DNA of 64,000 bases from Parasitella parasitica NRRL 2501. Taxonomy: Eukaryota; Fungi; Mucoromycota. The DNA lies in NCBI GenBank assembly GCA_025201805.1, contig MU619299.1, positions 71,304 to 135,303 of the forward strand, in the 5' to 3' direction. Position numbers and translations under genes: made by a program. The notes beneath the pieces were generated by a model, which was not told where the DNA came from, did not search any database, and saw nothing but the letters and a program-made list of their open reading frames with translations. Positions within the stretch are counted from its first letter, which is position 1; each line of letters begins with the position of its first letter. Of this stretch, positions 61,921 through 64,000 are shown piece after piece.

Positions 61921-64000
61921 AAACTTTAAAGTAAATGATAAAGGTCATAATGATTATGATAATATATATTAGGATTTCTGGTAACAAACCTTTTATTTCC
62001 GACGAAAGCTTAAAAGTTTCTGAGAGGAAAGAAATGTCTCCCTGAAAAGGTTTTAAGTGGGGATTTCCATATTCAGAGAAAAAGAGTAACTGCTTTGTTT
62101 TTTTCGTAGTAAGAATACAAAGAGAATGTGTTGTGAAATAAGCTTTCTACGTCATATCTTTAGGTTCAAGGTAGCCTTTAAGAAAGATTACGGCTGTCTA
62201 TAGACAAATATCTGTGATTCTGTATGTAAGTGTATCTGTTGACTTTAGATCAAAAACCTTTAATTGGATTCAGGAGCGGGGAGTAAGGTTGAAGATAAAC
62301 ACATTTATATCCTTAGGACTTCATAAATTTCTATGCAGATGATTTTTTATGAATGGATGTGTTATCCTGGTGTAATTGTTTCCTTTTCTCTGGCATTTTC
62401 TTATACCTTCAGTTGATCTAAAGGTCTTGTCAGACAAGTACCAAGCTGATTTCTATATATTCAGCAGTACAGTAGAACAGCTAGTAAAACCTGTGCCATC
62501 TTTTTCAATATTGGAATGGTTCAAAAGTGTGTCTTTGTAAAGCCAGCGTAGATTCTAGGCGCCTAACTTTTTTTTTTTGGTCTACGCGGACTTCAGTGTG
62601 TTGTTTTCAAAAAAAAAGACAAAAACTGTAAGAAAACAATGTTAAGCAATCTCAAACACAAAAAAAAAAAGTAATTAAAGCAATGCATTTGACTATAAGG
62701 CACTTTTTGATTACATATTTGCAAAGCTTAAAGAAAGATTTTGTTCTTTTTAAGTTGACATCAGATGAAAGTAACGACTTTTTGCTTTTTTTTCAGAAAA
62801 GTATTTTTCAAAATCGGAGCGTGAGGAATTTAAGCCAGTTACAGACATCCAAGTACTACCATTAAAAAGCCAAGAATTACACAATTTAATAAACGAGGTT
62901 TCAATTGTTTTTCTTTTGAATTAGTTAAGTTATGGCTTCTCAAAGCTAATGCTTTCTTCAAAAAAAGCACCATTTTTCTTTGATGGCGGAGATTAAACGC
63001 ATCTAAAATTAGGAAGAAAAAATTCTTTCAAAAACTCCATTTGGACAATTCGAAACCAAAATTACTTCTTTGAGGCAAAATATTATCTTCCGATACTATG
63101 CATACTACAGTTGTCAGTTAATGATCATAGATGTATTTTTGGGCGCTCTACAAGATGGTATCATTACATGATTCCCGTATGCTTATACAAGTAATTCTGC
63201 TGAGAAAACCTCAAAAGCAGATTAAGAGGGAGAAGTCAACATTTTGCTTAATCAGAGCGCATTTCCAGTCTTTCAGATCAAGGAATGAGCTTTTACGATC
63301 ATTTTACTCTAATATATGCTATAGTAAAAAGTCACATTTTTGAGGTCAAAATCGAGGATAATGCATAACCTACGATTTTGGATGCGTGGATACAAGGAAA
63401 AAAATGAAAAAATCCGTCATTTTGCATCGAAAAAAAAAAATCATGCTCAAATTGCACCAAAATCATATATAATATAGTTGTTTCCCAATGGATACTATTT
63501 CTGGTGTTTTCAGGGCACTTTTGATTATGAAAATTAATCAAAAAATGGCACACACAGCTAAAGTTCTTGCTTTTAAGATGTAAAAATATGTTTCTGGAGG
63601 CGATATCAAGTCAATATCAATTCTAGTACATGACTAAGTCCTATAAAGTAAGTATTTTTGATACCACAAGAATACATTTCTTCACGATACTATAATCAAA
63701 CAGATGTGGCCGATTGAGTTGGAAGCAGAAGAGGGTAATTAATGCATACAATGTTTTGCTGTAATAACCCCTTGTTATTTATGAATAATTCAAATGAATA
63801 ACGATTATTTCCAAAGACAATTAATAAAGAGACTGCAAGTGATTATATCACGAAGCACGAAAGGTCTTTATTAATGATTGAAAAAGGAAGCCAAATTGCT
63901 CTGGTCCTGGTATCTAAAAGTTTTTATACAATTCCATTTGAATTCAGTGTCAATGTTGGAATTGAGATGAGATTACCTCCAGTTAATAGGCAAAAACCGA

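Overview
Eukaryotic, intron-rich fungal DNA, most consistent with a Mucorales genome. Evidence: short ~50-70 nt GT-AG introns, a ferritin gene, a GPI-type chitin deacetylase, lineage-type F-box genes and Mucorales-type Tc1 remnants. From 0.8 to 58.3 kb there are about 23 protein-coding genes: a secreted protein, an unknown protein, a WDR26/Gid7-like LisH-CTLH-WD40 protein, three F-box proteins, an APSES transcription factor, RPA34, DSK2, a FERRY3/C12orf4 homolog with an extra UBA domain, a Pcl/Clg1-type cyclin, PDX1, chitin deacetylase, a DUF3176-like membrane protein, ERG28, TRS120, PER1, ferritin, a class I aminotransferase, RPS25, an LRR protein, SCT1, NDUFAF3 and an IRG/p47-like GTPase. 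The last ~5.5 kb holds no intact gene; it contains a Tc1/IS630 transposase relic and degenerate gene fragments. Five N-gaps all abut homopolymer runs. I found no tRNA, rRNA or CRISPR. The most notable items are the intact, putatively myristoylated immunity-related-GTPase-like gene, the UBA-bearing FERRY3, a very tightly packed F-box/WD40/unknown-gene trio, a GC-AG intron in RPS25 and a small insertion bounded by a 15-bp direct repeat. All family calls come from manual motif recognition and manual splicing; no database searches were run.
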